The notes below the pieces were generated by a model. That model saw only the letters and a list, made by a program, of their open reading frames with translations. It was not told the origin of the DNA and searched no databases. Positions 49,545-63,581 of a stretch of 64,000 nucleotides of DNA are shown here, in pieces (positions within the stretch are counted from its first letter, which is position 1; the number at the start of each line of letters is the position of its first letter). A program made the translations under genes and the position numbers. The stretch comes from Podarcis filfolensis (lineage: Eukaryota). The stretch lies in assembly GCA_964270895.1 (NCBI GenBank), contig OZ185440.1; one strand, written 5' to 3'.

Positions 49545-50411
49545 ATCCACACTGTGAGGCTATACTGCTATGTTTCAGGGGTGTCATATGTCATAGTTCT
49601 ATAGGAATTTCTGTTCTACAAATATGTGGTTATGAGTAGACTGTAGAAATCCATCACATACTTATTCTGAATCTAAAACTAAGATGCACGGTGCTCCAAC
49701 AACGTATTAAGTAAGCTATTTAAAATAACTACTTACTGCATGCAACACATCATTTAGCATAATATTTTCCCATATTTTATTTTGCTATTAATTGCGTTCA
49801 AAATTACATATTGCATAATTTGGTATATAGTTTTTATAGGCTGTTAAATATTTTAAGGTTAACCTAACCAGCTAATAGCAACTGCTAGATGGGCTGATTG
49901 TTTTAATACTGTTGTCATGCTCTGAAGATTATTGTCATTTGTCAAGTTGTTAGTATTCACTATCAGATGGCACCCTGATTATAATGTAGCAAGTTGTAGA
50001 TCCCCATGTACATCAGTTGTTTGAGACAACATCAAACATACATACTTTAAAAAGTAGTACTCAAAAAGTTAGTGAAGTTGTTTTAGAGAATACTTTTGAA
50101 GATCATAGATTTTGGTGAGAGAGCCTGTTTATGCATGCAGAAGGGCAGGGCATTTTATTTGATAGGCCTTGCCCTATGCCTCACCACAAATCTCATTGAG
50201 AGTATCCTGGGCTTAAAAAATGATGAGCATCACACATGTTGGTAGTATTATATTGATTCAGAAACCACAGTATGGAAAGGAAGTCCTCTATGCTTGGGAC
50301 TTGGCTGAAAGTTGAATTTATATGTTCCTTTAATGCGTATGTTGCACTTTCCCTAATTTGTATAGTTCATTGTCCTGCAATTTCATGTGGACACTTAGTG
50401 TTCACATACTA

Positions 50412-50417
50412 AATAAA
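50412..50417 (+). terminator. Candidate polyadenylation signal of the SLC25A3-like gene
   Basis: AATAAA about 870 nt after the stop, followed by a GT-rich stretch and a second AATAAA near 50438. Confidence 0.4.
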
Positions 50418-53280
50418 GTTATTGTAGTTATTGAGAAAATAAAAGGCCTTCTTTGCTAAAGTTTTATTTATTTATTTATACTGCTTTTTCCGATTAAAGT
50501 TTAGTGATCCAACACAGCCCCTGCCCTAAGGCTTAGAATCTAAAATACACAACACAAGAAGGTACAAAAGAAAAAAGCCAACTCAGGCATGCATTCTTTA
50601 ATGCTACTAACGTATGAATTCCTGCTATGGCTATGCTGATATCATTCCATAAACCTCCCAAAGTGGAGAGCAATTTTTTGGGAGATTTCCAAATGTTAAC
50701 TTATGCTATCTTTGAAGCTACCAAAAAAATTCCAATTCTGTTCTGCTCTATTCTTACTTGTATTGATAAAAATTAAGAAAAACCATCTTGGATTCAGAAT
50801 GTTATCAATAGCTTCTAATTAGAGCCCAATCAGATTTTTTCTTTGGCACCATATTTATAACTGGACAGCCCTTTCACATATGAAAGATACCAGTATAACA
50901 AAATCACATTCCATTTCCCAGACTTGTTCACTTTGTTTAGACACACACACACACACGCCCCATACCCCTTTTTATTATAAAATACTGTATCTGAGAATAT
51001 TGAAATAATAAGGTGATAATTTATTTGCATTTCCACTCATTAAAAAAAAAAAAAGCAGAATCCACTTGTGTTATACTTTCTAGTTGTTCTAAATTAAGGT
51101 GCCAGTAATCTGGTATTAAAGATTTGGAAATGCTTTTATTTATATTTTGCACATTGGTAACTTTTGCATCTAATTGAGGGGGGGAACTCATCAAAAAAGA
51201 ATAATTTGTATTAATTGACATAGGAATTGGCATTAGGCCCACAGAATTTTACACACTATTCAGTATCATTCAGGAAACAATTTAAAACTGATGTATGCTC
51301 TGCCCAGTTTAGCCTCACTACTGTGGTAATGCAACACCATATTGCACCTAGTTCTCAACTGAGGTAGTAAATGGAGGTGGGGACTTACATGACAGAACAT
51401 TCTTCCAATACAAAAACCCCCTCCAACCCTGCAAACAGATCTCTTATCTCGACATCCATTATTATATGGGGAGATTGTTTTTTGTATGGGTGGCCATACA
51501 TTCAAGGGTAGTCGCTCTGCATTCCCAAGGGTAACAACCCAGGCACAAGTTAATAACCTCATTGAGAACTAGGCTCAAAACAGCATTTCAAGACTCTTGT
51601 TTAGGCATGTGTCATTCAAAGTCTTCTGCTGCTTAACATGTGTTTCACAGATGGCTTAACAGATTTAGGTTAGGCCAGAAGCCAAAGCAAACATAGTTGC
51701 ATGGTTTCCCCACACTTTTCATGCATGGTTGAAGACTTCACCTTTCCTGCCTGACAGTTTTCACACAAGATACTAAAATTGTTCATTTGACCATGTCGTC
51801 GTATTTCCATTACATGTGACCATTGATGATATCACATGGAATGTGAAAAGCAAAATATCTATATACATTACAGATTTTACATCTGCTTGTCGACCAAGAG
51901 AATTAAGTTTATTGTGTGAAAATGCTGTATGAATTACTTTAGATGATATTTCAACTAGCTCACATGCTAGTCATGGAACTCCATGACATAGGCATACAGT
52001 ACATGAAAATAGTATGACATACATGAAAGTGGTATATCATGGTAAAATATAGCTATATATAAGTTAACTGTTTCAAGAAGAAAAGGAACTTTTGGGTGAT
52101 TTCTCCATAGTAAAGAATGGTTTTCTTATGTAGCTTGTTATTTTATGAAAGTAAAACTGCAAATACTGTATTTTTTTCCTTTTTTTGTAAAAGGGCCCTC
52201 TTGCAAAAAGATAGAAAGCAATCAAACCCTTTTTCTGTCTTTCATTCCAACAATTCCAAATATGAATATATTTTGATATGCAAATTATTGCTCTGCATAT
52301 ATTCTTCTATTGTGATTATCAGTATGTGTTGATTGAAGTCAACAGCTCTTGCAGTGATAACAATGCCACATGGATGTGGTTCAGTAGTGAAACTGTAGAA
52401 TATCACTTTTACACAAAGCTTTTGTTCCAGCTGGAGACTTAAATTAATTCTGCATAGAAAAGCATATTTCAAAAAAACCTTTTGAATTCTAATCAAACAT
52501 GCTTCAAGCGGGGGTTGTCACCTTTTTCCTGGCAGAGGCAGATAAAAGGGCACTTTTATTAAGAAAAAATCAGGCACGTTGTTTACTCTTTGATGTCTCA
52601 CTTTGCAGGGATTATTTTGTTTTACATTGACTGAGTACTCTGACATTAGAGAGGGTGAAGATTCTGATACTGGCCCAAGCACCCTACTTTTATGGAAAGG
52701 CCCCTGTTTGGCTGATGGACTGCATGTCATTGCTGGAAATCCAAGAGTTGTCAATTTCCCATTCATTTATTTTCTTTCCCCTTCACCTCCTGCCCCCCAA
52801 GGAAAAGCTGGCTTTTAACTTTCCTTGCTCACTCATGGCTAGGTTAAAATGCGTTTAGGAGAGTTCTTAACTAAATGAACAATACCACTGGATAACACCA
52901 TGTGTAGAATTTGCTTGGGCAATGTATATTCTGAAACAAAATTCAAATTGATTTCTGACATTCTTATTACTACACAAATTGCCTAGTTTCACAGATTTAA
53001 TATTGTTAAATCCACAAATGGAAGAATGATGTAATTCTTATCACACTACATGTGTTAATTGCCACAATGTCTGTGTTACCAACACAACTGTAGTTATCAC
53101 TCTCCGTATTTTTCAGCATTTAATTCTTTTCTGACCTGATTACAGTTCACATTTTTAGCAGGCGTTTTTTGCTGGCACCCATGATGCTTATATCAGGATA
53201 ATAGTACTGACACCTCTATCTTCTTTTACCAGCAAAAAGTACAATACATAGACACATCTGCAACTCAGTATAACACTTCA

Positions 53281-53375
53281 TACATCTGATGAAGTACTTG
53301 TAGTTCATGAAAACTTATGTCATTATAAATTTGTTAGTTGTTGTGGTGCAACCAAAAATGTTCTTGTTTTGTTGC
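53281..53375 (+). mobile_element. Decayed Penelope terminal-repeat remnant with a broken hammerhead motif
   Basis: ACAT-CTGATGA-A-GTACTTGTAGTTCAT-GAAAACTT-ATGT...TTGTTAGT...GGTGCAAC has the same layout as 4360-4458, with stems II and III mutated. Confidence 0.55.
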
Positions 53376-55679
53376 AAGAGAATAAAAAGGTTACTCCTCT
53401 GGAAATTATTACAGGTGTGTTAAGCCATATGCTTAGGTTTCTGAACTTTGCAGCTTTGGGTATTCATCAGTGCCAAAGCAGTATCTTGAAACCAAAGGGT
53501 TTCTGTTCATTGGTATGGAATAGTGGCTAACAATCTCTTTGCTCTTGAATGGTGCACCTTAGCCAGATAGTCTGACACAGTGTTTGGGATTTACGTCGAC
53601 AAAAGTTTGTATAAATTGGACTCATTTGAGATGAATGGATAGAAGGTCCCCTTGAACAAGCTGGACCAACCTTCCACTATTTCTGTAGGCATTTCTAATA
53701 GCTGACATTATTGTGCCTTGAAAAGCATGTTTGGTTGCCTAATTGAGTTGACAGTTTTGAAGTTCTTCCGCCTGTTGAACTGACAATTTTCTGACTGGAC
53801 CTCGAAGCTAATATTTTTTGTACTATTTGTGGCTCGTGGGGAAATCTAGATGGACACAATGATTGCAGAAATCAAATCCTGGTTGCTTAGGGAGAAGTTC
53901 ACACCAACAATTTGCTTCTGAAAATATATTAGAACTGTCCTTACGCTACAGGCGCAAAGAGTGAGTGGAAAAATTTAAAAACCCTGATCTAGGAATCAGG
54001 ATGATAACCAAATTATAGTAAATTGTCCTAGAAACAGTCTGTAAAATCTGTTGTACTCTGTTCTTATGAGATTCACATATAAAAATTAATAAGTGATACA
54101 TACATTGTGTTGTAACGTAGCTTTACATTCTGAAATGGTGACATTCACAATATCCTGCAGTTTATTTGTTTTTACTATGCATAGTATCCAAGATCAAATG
54201 CCCCAGCCTAACTCATGTCACCCGTATGTTTTTCTACTAGTTTCCCTAGTAGTCTCCTTTCCTTTAAAAACAACAACTTCCCCACTTTGTAGCAGTTCTA
54301 GTGTGGATGAAAGTAAACTCTCTAATGGTTTGTTAGCAAAACCAAGGGATCAAGGAGCTGCTTCCTGTGCACGGAGCAGAGGCATAACAAAAGTTGCAAT
54401 TAAAAACAAAAGATGGATTTGGCCTGTTTGTGGTCCTTTTCTTAGTGAGCTGTAGAGCAGAACAGCTCTTAATGCTTTGTGATACATCATCTCCTATTAA
54501 AAGAGGCATTTTAATAGGGAGATCATTAAATGTACCATAAACAAAAGAGAAGGTTTGCACAGCCACAGTGAAGCCAGTGGAAACAATGACACTCTCAATT
54601 TATTGTATGGAATACATTGCTCTGACTTTTGAGAATTTTGAAAGGGATCTTTCAGGATCCAGTAGGATAAGAAATAACAAATAAACATGTGATTTAACTT
54701 ATTTTATTTTTAGTTGGATTTTGTAAACATATTCAGTGGAATCAATTCAATTCAAAAAGGGAACGCTTGGGAGGTATTTTGTAAATAATCTCATTCTAAC
54801 AAACTGCATGTGCAACTGGTTCCCGTTCTCAGTGATGTAACGCAAGAATGCACAAGTTTATAGTGGACTGTGAAAGGACCTGGCTGCACTTTTTAAAAAT
54901 GTATATAATTCATTGAATGTCATGTGCTTCCTCTCTCCGTCTGCCTTGTATATATGTCATGCATATATATGGTGAACTGTTCTTGCCCATCCCATCAATG
55001 GATGTACAGTGTAACACTGATGCCAATCTACATTCATGCAAAAATGCGTGTGCAGGCTCTGTGTGAGTGTAGGGTCCATATTGATGCATATTCTGACTTT
55101 ATCTAAGTACATTTTGTACGCATGGCCGAGCCATATACCCTATATTTAAAGCATGTTCAACGTGCATTTAATAACATGACTTCCCCTGAAGAATCCTGGC
55201 AAATTTCGTTTTCCCCTCATGGAGCTACAATTCCCAGCACTCAGAAATAAACTACAGAATTGACATAAAATATCACATCATTGCCTTTGAACTAGAATTT
55301 GTGAGATTATCCTTCAAGTGCTAAATTATAGTTGGACTGATAACTGAATAAGCCTTAGGACTGAAAATCATGCGTCTCTCTTTTACAAGCTGTGCTTCTT
55401 TTATGTCAGCAGATGGAGCTGTAAGATAAATAGTATTACCTAGTACTGTAACCAAATGGATACACAAAATAGGTCAGTTGTTGGTACCTGTTGAGGAAAG
55501 AGGCTGAATAATTTTGAGTCCTGCCTATGATGGAATCTGTAAAAGTCTGGAGCTGCAATTCTTAATATATTTACTAGGTGTTCCTTTTAACTTGATGGAA
55601 TTTACTTAGGATTGTACATCACATTGGTCTAAAGTGGAAATACTTTGACTTAAGTAGTGGATCAGGCTTCTCATATGTT

Positions 55680-55945
55680 TTTGTCAATACTGTAGTGGGA
55701 TGTAAGAGGTGGGGTCCCACAAGGATCGCTATTTGAACCTGTGCTTTTAAACTTCTTCATAAATGACACAAACCTGGGGTGAGGTGGCAAAGTTTGCTGA
55801 TAACACCAAATTGTTCAGGGTGTCAGAACAGAAAGAGATTTCAGTGAACTCCAGAAAGGAGTTCTATCCAAATTGAGTGAATAGCCATTAAAATAGCAAA
55901 TGTAATTAAATGTGACCAAGTGTAAAATGATATATATTGGGGCAG
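55680..55945 (+). mobile_element. CR1 reverse transcriptase fragment
   Basis: GGGGTCCCACAAGGATCG (GVPQGS) ...AAGTTTGCTGATAACACCAAATTG (KFADNTKL). Confidence 0.8.
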
Positions 55946-58915
55946 CAGCAGCAACAACAACAACAAAATATATTGCTTGTACCCCGCCCATCTGACTGAG
56001 TTACCCCAGCCATTCTGGGTGGCTTCCAACAGAATATAACCCCCCCACACAAATCTTCCTGATATAGGACTGCCTTCAGATATCTACGAAAAGTCATATA
56101 AATGTTTATATTTTCGGCATCTGATGGGAGGGCATTCTACAGGGTCTGAACTGGTGGTGGGTGATTAGGAAAGGGCTCTTGGAGTCAGGTAAATAGCTTG
56201 ATGAAGATGCTAATTTTGTGTGCTACAGCTGGACTAGAATAGGATGCTGGCCTAGATGGGCCTTTGGTCTGATCCATAGGTCTCATCTGACAACTGGAAT
56301 AATTTATTTGTATTCTGTGCTGTTTGCATGTCTAGTCATTTCTTTCCCCATCCTTAAAAAGAGAATTATCTCCCTTTGTGAAAGTTGCAAACTGAACTTG
56401 TGTGTTGAATGTCAGTGTGGCCTGGAGAGCCAATACAATGTAGTAGGTGGAAGGTTGCACTTAGATTCAGAAAATATGGGTTCAAATCCCTGCTAGGGCA
56501 CAAAGCCTACAGTGTGATTTTACAGCAGTCACTGTCTTTTAGAGGATGCTTGCGAGATCTAAAAGGTGGGAGATAAATAAATAAACCAACAAACTTTTGA
56601 AAGCTCTGGGATAGGGTCTGGGGGCTTCCTTCACCACCAATAGTGTGGCCACAAAAAGCAGAGCGGAATAAATTCCTGCCTGAACTATCAGGCTTCCTTG
56701 GAACTTAGTTAAGCAAAAAGGAACTGCTACATTCTTTTTCCTGCCTTTTTAAAGCAGAAGACACAGGAAAGTTTGGCAGCTCTGGGGATCTGGGATTGCC
56801 AAGTAAGATTGGTGGCTGCTATAGTCTATAGTACATCTATAGCATAGGAAGAGCCACAATTTCTGCATTCCACCTACAGAGAATGCAACAAATCTGCATA
56901 GCAGATTTAATCTGCAGCATAGAAATAAATGCTTCTCCTAAGGTTAACTGATGTGGTTGTAACTCCCATAACACTGGATAGGCATCAACTGAGAGACAGT
57001 CAGTACATGTATTTCTATGTAGCGGCCACAAATTGCGAGATCACATGATGGGTTACCATCTGCTTTGACCTCCATACAACCTTTGTGTTGCTTTGCTTTG
57101 AGTCAAAGCATTGGCATTCAAAACACATGCAAGGTATTTCCCCCCAAGCACTCATAGGGATGCTGTTGTCAGTTAACTGTCCAGAATCCATGAATCACAT
57201 CAAAACTTCAGTGCGGGAAATATAGAGGTCTTACACAGAGTGCATTCATCAGCTGGAAAGCAGGTCATCTCCCCAGCAGCAATTGCCCTCCATTGTTTGT
57301 AGAATGAATGAAGCAGGCTTTCCCCATGAAAGTAACTTCATGAATTTTTATAGCATTCCTAAAGAGAACCAAAACTGAAACACGCTTTATGACGAGCTGG
57401 CAATTTTAAAAAACAAACATGTCAAACAACAGTGTGCAAACACTGAGCACTCTCATGTTTTGCAATGGGCAATTGAGCATTCTGGCTCCTACAATGTAAA
57501 GCATATAGTTTAGATTAATTTACCTGGAAGGATGATAAAATGGAGAGTCAGAAGAGATGGGACATAGTAGCGAGTGATGACAAAGGCCTTCAGTGTTGCC
57601 TTCATCAACTTCATTTCTTGGTTGTCCTTAATCTCTAGGAAGTGCTGTGGGGCTTGTTAGTCTTAAATTATTAAGAATAACTTGTCCTGAGTACACAAGC
57701 ACTGCCAATGGAACATATCTTTAATGGCCTCTCTCCTGATCCAGAAAGCATACCCATAGTCCCTAGGAAAGTCTCCAAGATGTTGCGCCACAATTTTCCA
57801 GATTGTGCACAACAGCTGCTTAAGAAAGGGACACCCTTAAATGTGTTTTATATTTAATGTGTCTGCTTCTTTTAAAATACCAGTCCTTTTAGGTGAGGGA
57901 GCAGTTAGCATTGGGATTGTGGTGTACAACAAAAAGGGGGTTAATCTGATGGAAAAAGAGAGAAAGCAGTGGGCAGGAGATAACAGACATCCAGCTAGTT
58001 TCAACTCTTTGGAAGGAAATGCCAGCAATAAGTTGCACAACCACTCAGTCTTTTCCTTCCTTGTGGTTTCATCTGTGCTCTGATAACCTCAGTCAGCTTT
58101 GCATGTAAGATCAGATGCTATCAGCATACGGTCCCGGTAGATATTTTAGTTCTGTCTGTGAGACACAAATGCTGCTTCTGATTTTGGCTGGGTTAGCTTG
58201 TTTAAAATTCAGAACAGGTTTAGCTGGCCACTGGGGTTGTAGCAATGGATGTGCATGTCCTGTATGATTCTAAGAAAAAGGCTTTTGGTCTCTTTCTCTG
58301 TGCGTTTTTATCCTGGAGAAGTGAAGGCTACAATGAGGACCTGCTGCTCTGTTGTTTTGGACCAAAAAAAAAAAAAAAGCCTGATTGAACTGGCATTTCA
58401 CCCTTCTTGATACAACAATTGTCTAACATTTACTCTGTTTCAGCTTTTGTTGTTGGGTTCAGCTTACTGTGCTGCAATTTAGCAATCCACACTGAAAACA
58501 TTTCCCTTTTTATGAGGCTACAGGTTGGCGTGGCTTTTGCTGAAAAATGTTATTGGATGCAGCCCACCAGGTGCACCTTCTTTGAAATCCTCAGTATAAT
58601 GGAAGGGATTTCTTTGGGCAAAGGCATGCATCTCTTGCATATATTCTATTCATTACAGGAGATGACCCCTGTGGATGAACTGTAGCTGTGTTCATTTACA
58701 TCAGATATGGGGAACTTGTGGCCATCCAGATGTTCATAGAACCATAAATTCATAAAATTGTAGAATTTTCCCTTGCACCACAGTCATGGAGCGAAGAACA
58801 CATTTTTTGGCCAGTGCTTGATGTCCCAAATTATTTTACGTTTCTAAAATATATTCAGTTTTGAAATCTATATAATTTAAAATTATATCGTTCTAAAGAG
58901 GTTTTTTGAGTAGCT

Positions 58916-59112
58916 GGGAAAGGACTGTAGCTCAGTGGTAGAGCATCTACTTTGCCTGCAGAATATTTCCAGGCGCAATCCCTGCCATCTCTACATGGGG
59001 CTGTGAGACACCCCTGTCTGAACTCTAGAGAGCCACTGCCTTTCAGTGTAGACCACACTGAACTAAGTGGCCCAATGGTGTGACTCAAAAAGGGCAGCTT
59101 CCGATGTGTTTT
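58916..59112 (+). mobile_element. tRNA-derived squamate SINE
   Basis: GCTCAGTGGTAGAGCATCT head and CCACTGCC...CAGTGTAGAC...GGCAGCTTCC body and tail. Confidence 0.8.
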
Positions 59113-62100
59113 CCAATACTTTTTTCTATACAATGTGGCAGTTTAATCCCAATGCAATGTTTAATTCCAACATTTGATTCTGATCTACCAAGATGCAATA
59201 GCTGATAAAATGTAACATCACTCCACATGCAGCCTTGATTATCTGGGGGAGCAAGAAGGTATTATCCCATCCCCTGACAGCAGTCACAAACTATGCCTGT
59301 GTGAGCAAGCATGCAGTGCTACTTGCATAAGCGTTTTGCTGTTGTTCTCTCGCCTGCTATCATCATTCACTGTCTGGCTCCTCTCTCATGGGGAAGTCCA
59401 AAAGGAACTAAGAAGCCAAGAAAGCACAGGAACATTAGGAACGAGTTGAAATGTGAACGCCACACAGCTCCCACTGGCTCCTCTGAAATTGCTTTCTTGC
59501 AAGCATGCAAGACAGAATTTCAAGGCAAAATTTCAGTCAGCAGACTGATAAGACTCAGGGCCATGCGAGGGCTGTTACTGAAATAGCGTTCTATATGTAT
59601 GATTTGGGGAAATTATCCACTTTAGAGGAAAGTCAGGCAGTAGGATTGCTCTGGTTAATAGAAACTGTGCATTTAAACCAATATGCCCTAAAGCTTTTTG
59701 ATCCACTGGAGAGCTTCATTTTTGTGATGGAGCAAGTAATAGCCTTAGCTGGTCTAGGTCATTGTAATTTGGTTGACTGTATGAATATATGGCCTTCTGG
59801 AGCTTCACTTTCACCTTGCTTTGACCTAGAACAAACCACCCTCAGTTTATCAAAGCAATCCTGCTCCCCTTTGCTGCTCCCTACACATGGAGCTGCCTCC
59901 CTGATCAAGGTCTACAGTCCCATCTCTCTCCCTTCCTTAAAATCTATATTTTGACTGGAGCAGCAGTAGTGAGGGAGGAACGGGTAAGTTAACTCTTTTG
60001 CTCTGTGCTGTTTTTGTGATCAAAATGGCAGTCCCTCAAATCGTCATTAGCTCCATGGTGAAAAATATGTTATGGCCTCAGATCAATATGAGAGTGAGGA
60101 AGTTATAAAGTGCACCTTCTTGTGTACCTTTGGAGTGTGAGGTTCAGGAAGTATGAAAGATTAGGAAGCTCTTGTGTCCATGTGTCAACGACCACTGTAA
60201 GCTTAAAGCTTTGAATCCTGGTAATGCAAGGGTATGGAACATTTTTTCAGCTTGAGGGTGCATTCCTTTCTGAGCAACTTTCCAAGGGCCACACAGTGGG
60301 TGGGGTCAGAAGCAAAAGTTGATGTGGGAGATGTTCCACAGCCAAATATAACTATGCGTACTTGCCAGTAAAGTAAGGGGTTAAGGACCACACAGCTGAA
60401 AAATGCTAAAGAAGTCATGCCCCTTCACCTTTGGGGAGGGAGGAAGTTTTATTTGTTTCCTGTTCGTCTCTCCCTCCCTCCCTATTTGAATCATGTAACT
60501 GAGCAGATGTCGGAGGCTGGGTCTTCCGAGTCAGCCTGTGTGTTTGAGACTAACGTCTGTATTTTGTAAACAAGAATTCCTTACCTGTGTTGTTTCTGCT
60601 GTAGCACTAAACAGTGCACGAGTGAGAGTTCTGATTAATGTAAATAAAATGTTTAAACTTACTTAGGTTTGAGGGAACGCAGTTGTCAGCACTTAATACT
60701 GGGGCATTTTAAGGTCTAACAACTCATATTTCCCATGCTTTGCAAACACTGCACATATATTTTAGTTTTAAACTCTGCTGGGGACTCTTTTGGCTAGACA
60801 GTGAGTCAAACACCATACTTTTTGTAGTTACTCACACACGGGACTTCAGGATTAACTGGTATTCCCCAGTTATTTTCCAACAGTTGACAGAGCAGTGAAT
60901 TTCACCTTTGTATAATAGGCTGCTTTCTACACATATACCTCTCTATTCTCCAGACAGACAAGCAAGAGATGTTATTAGAGTTCAAGGACATATTCCATCC
61001 ATTCAAAATAAGCTGGGGTGTGAAGCTGGGCATGGGGAGAGTTCCCAGGGCCTGAAAGGCCATATATGACCCTGGGCCTGAGGCTCTGTGCTAAAGCCTA
61101 AGATTGTTTTTTTCCTCTTTGACACATTAGTTTCCTGCATTACAGTGTTGCCGGGAGCAAGGAACATCTGCTAGTGACAAGAGAAAGACACACACACCCT
61201 GACAATAAAGCAGCTTTTCTCCCAATTTTGGAAAGCTGGAAAGAGATTCCTGGAGGGATGTCAGGGGCTGGCAGGACTCTGAAGGATGTGAAAAGGAGGC
61301 AAGGGAGCTGGATGAACATCTTGGGGAAGTGGCCAGTGATTTGCGGGGTTCTGTGCCACCCATGAGACAGGAGTTGGGGCTGGAGGAAGAGGACGAATTG
61401 GGGCTGTCAGAGGCGGGGTGTCGTGAACTGGCAGGACTCAACACAACACTAGGTCCGGAGAATTGTGAAGGTTACAAAACAAGGGTTGGCTAGCAACACA
61501 ATTGCTGCTGCTGGCATTGGAAGGATTAACAAAGGGTATGTGGAGGGGGGGAAGGAGCCAATGGCAAGCTCCACTTCTGAGGAACTGTTGGATAATTTCA
61601 GGTTCAGATGTCACCTCAGCCATAAACTTACTGCAATTGCTTTAGGCAAGTCCTTGTTTTCTCAGTTCCACACACTTCTCAACCCCTATCTTCCTGTCAC
61701 TCCGCTAGCAAAAACACCTCTACTCACCAGACAAGCCAATCCCCCTCTCTTCTCCCACCATTCTTCTTGGGGTTCTCCTGATTCTCCAGAGCAGAATTGC
61801 AGGAGGCATTTGGAAGGAGCGGAATGTAGGAAAACTCCATTGTGCTAGCAGGAGCCAATGCACTGGCTTACGCTACCACACTAGGTTGGTTGAATCTAGG
61901 CCAAAGTGTTTCGGACAGCAGAAGTATGCTATATAAATGCTAATGGCTATTGTGCTTATAAATACAAGCTGGCCTGTCTACCAAAAATGATCTATTGTGC
62001 CAGTAGTCCAAATTGACACCCCTGTTCCAAAATTCAGGACAAAGAAGTTGCTCAGAGGGAAATTGACACATCAAGGCAGTTTCCTTTAGATACTCAGCAC

Positions 62101-63549
62101 CGTATCCTGGATTCTGTTGGGTTTTTTTTTTGCTCAAACAGCTGTGTTCTCACCTTTGTTTCCAATCTAGAGGAGGTGTGCTGAGAACAGGATGTGGGAC
62201 AACACTGCCCCTATGTATCGTTCTATCAATGTACCTCAGTCACCTCTAGACCTGCAACACAGATGTATACCTAGGGACCCAAAAGAGCAGCAGTCTTTGA
62301 TAAAGCGACATATACGTAGTTAATAGCACATCAAATGTGCAAATTTTAGTTGGACAGCAGTATTTGTTTGAAACCTGCACTAGAGACGGCACTTTCTACC
62401 TGGAGGAGACTGGCTTCCCAGGTAGAATTCTGCTGATTTCATTACATTTATAATCCAAAGAATGTCAGCACTGCTGTGTTCTAACTGGGTGACATTTCAT
62501 TTCAAAGGTACTCAAGACCAATTAAGCATTTTGCATGCAGCTAAGCTGGAGAAAACAAACACTCTATAAAAATGCTTTCCACAACACAGAATGTGCTCTA
62601 ATGACTACATTAGGATATGATGATCCATACTTATCACAGCTTTTGCTGATTGTGTAGTGTGTGTGTGTGTGTGTGTGTGTAAAAGTGCAAGTAATAAATG
62701 AGACCCTGAGTATCATCTTCTGTATGTGCCATTGCATCCAATGCTTGCTGCTGGAACGAGAGCATAAGGTGATCCCTGCTTGATTAGGCCTCTTTAGTCC
62801 AGCATCTTATTTTCTATAGTGGCCAGCTAGATGCCTATATAGACGAGCAGGACATGGGCACAATAGCATTGTCTCTCACAGTTGTTCCCCAGCAACTAGT
62901 ATTCAGAGGCATGCTGGGTCTGTAGCTCAAGGTAGCATATTGCCACCATGACTAGCAGCTAATGAGTAATGGGATAGCGAAGCTGTGCCAGCTCCCACCT
63001 GCCCACCTCCAATCACCATGGCCTAACATCCATGTAACTGGGATATTATGTGATCAGGAGCCCTGGTTGCATGACATTCTCGATAGTGTGGTCAGCTTGT
63101 GCATGTTCAGCTCCCCTTTCCAACACTGTTCAAATGGAGAAGTTGCTCATATCAGATCTGCCTGGTGCCAGTGTTGTTGTTTTAATTATTGATGTACTTA
63201 GTTGTACTGAAATAATTGAATAGAGGGTGGGCTAGACATTTATTTCTTTATTTACTCTTTTTGATTGATGGGTTTTTATCCAACCTTCCCCGCAAAGGAG
63301 CCCAGGGCAGCAAAAACAAAGCAGTATAATTTATTTTAAAACACAATCAAATATCCTCACAGCTAAATGATATCAAGGTTGCCAGGAGCAATATCTTTCA
63401 AGCCATGAAATGCTTGAGTGTAGAGGAATGTTTTTAAATTCTGCTTAAATGTTAATAATGAGGGGGGCAGATGGACCTCAACAGAAAAGACATTCCATAA
63501 GTCTCCACACTGTGACCCCTCTGTGACTCAGGTGTTGTGAGAGTCTGCA

Positions 63550-63577
<28 letters not shown>
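63550..63577. repeat. (CA)n microsatellite; others include (GT)n at 62657-62680 and (AAT)n at 43313-43333
   Basis: Read directly from the sequence. Confidence 0.95.

Positions 63578-63581
<4 letters not shown>

Noticed and set aside
11855-57500. Scattered DMRT-binding-like sites (ACAATGT/ACATTGT cores at about 11860, 20322, 41420, 47852, 56436, 57490)
   Set aside because: A rough estimate gives about a dozen such 7-mers by chance in 64 kb of this composition; no clustering near the promoters was evident.
58916-58990. tRNA gene (also at 37595 and the Sauria SINE head)
   Set aside because: A/B boxes are present but the cloverleaf is broken and the sequence continues into a SINE body.
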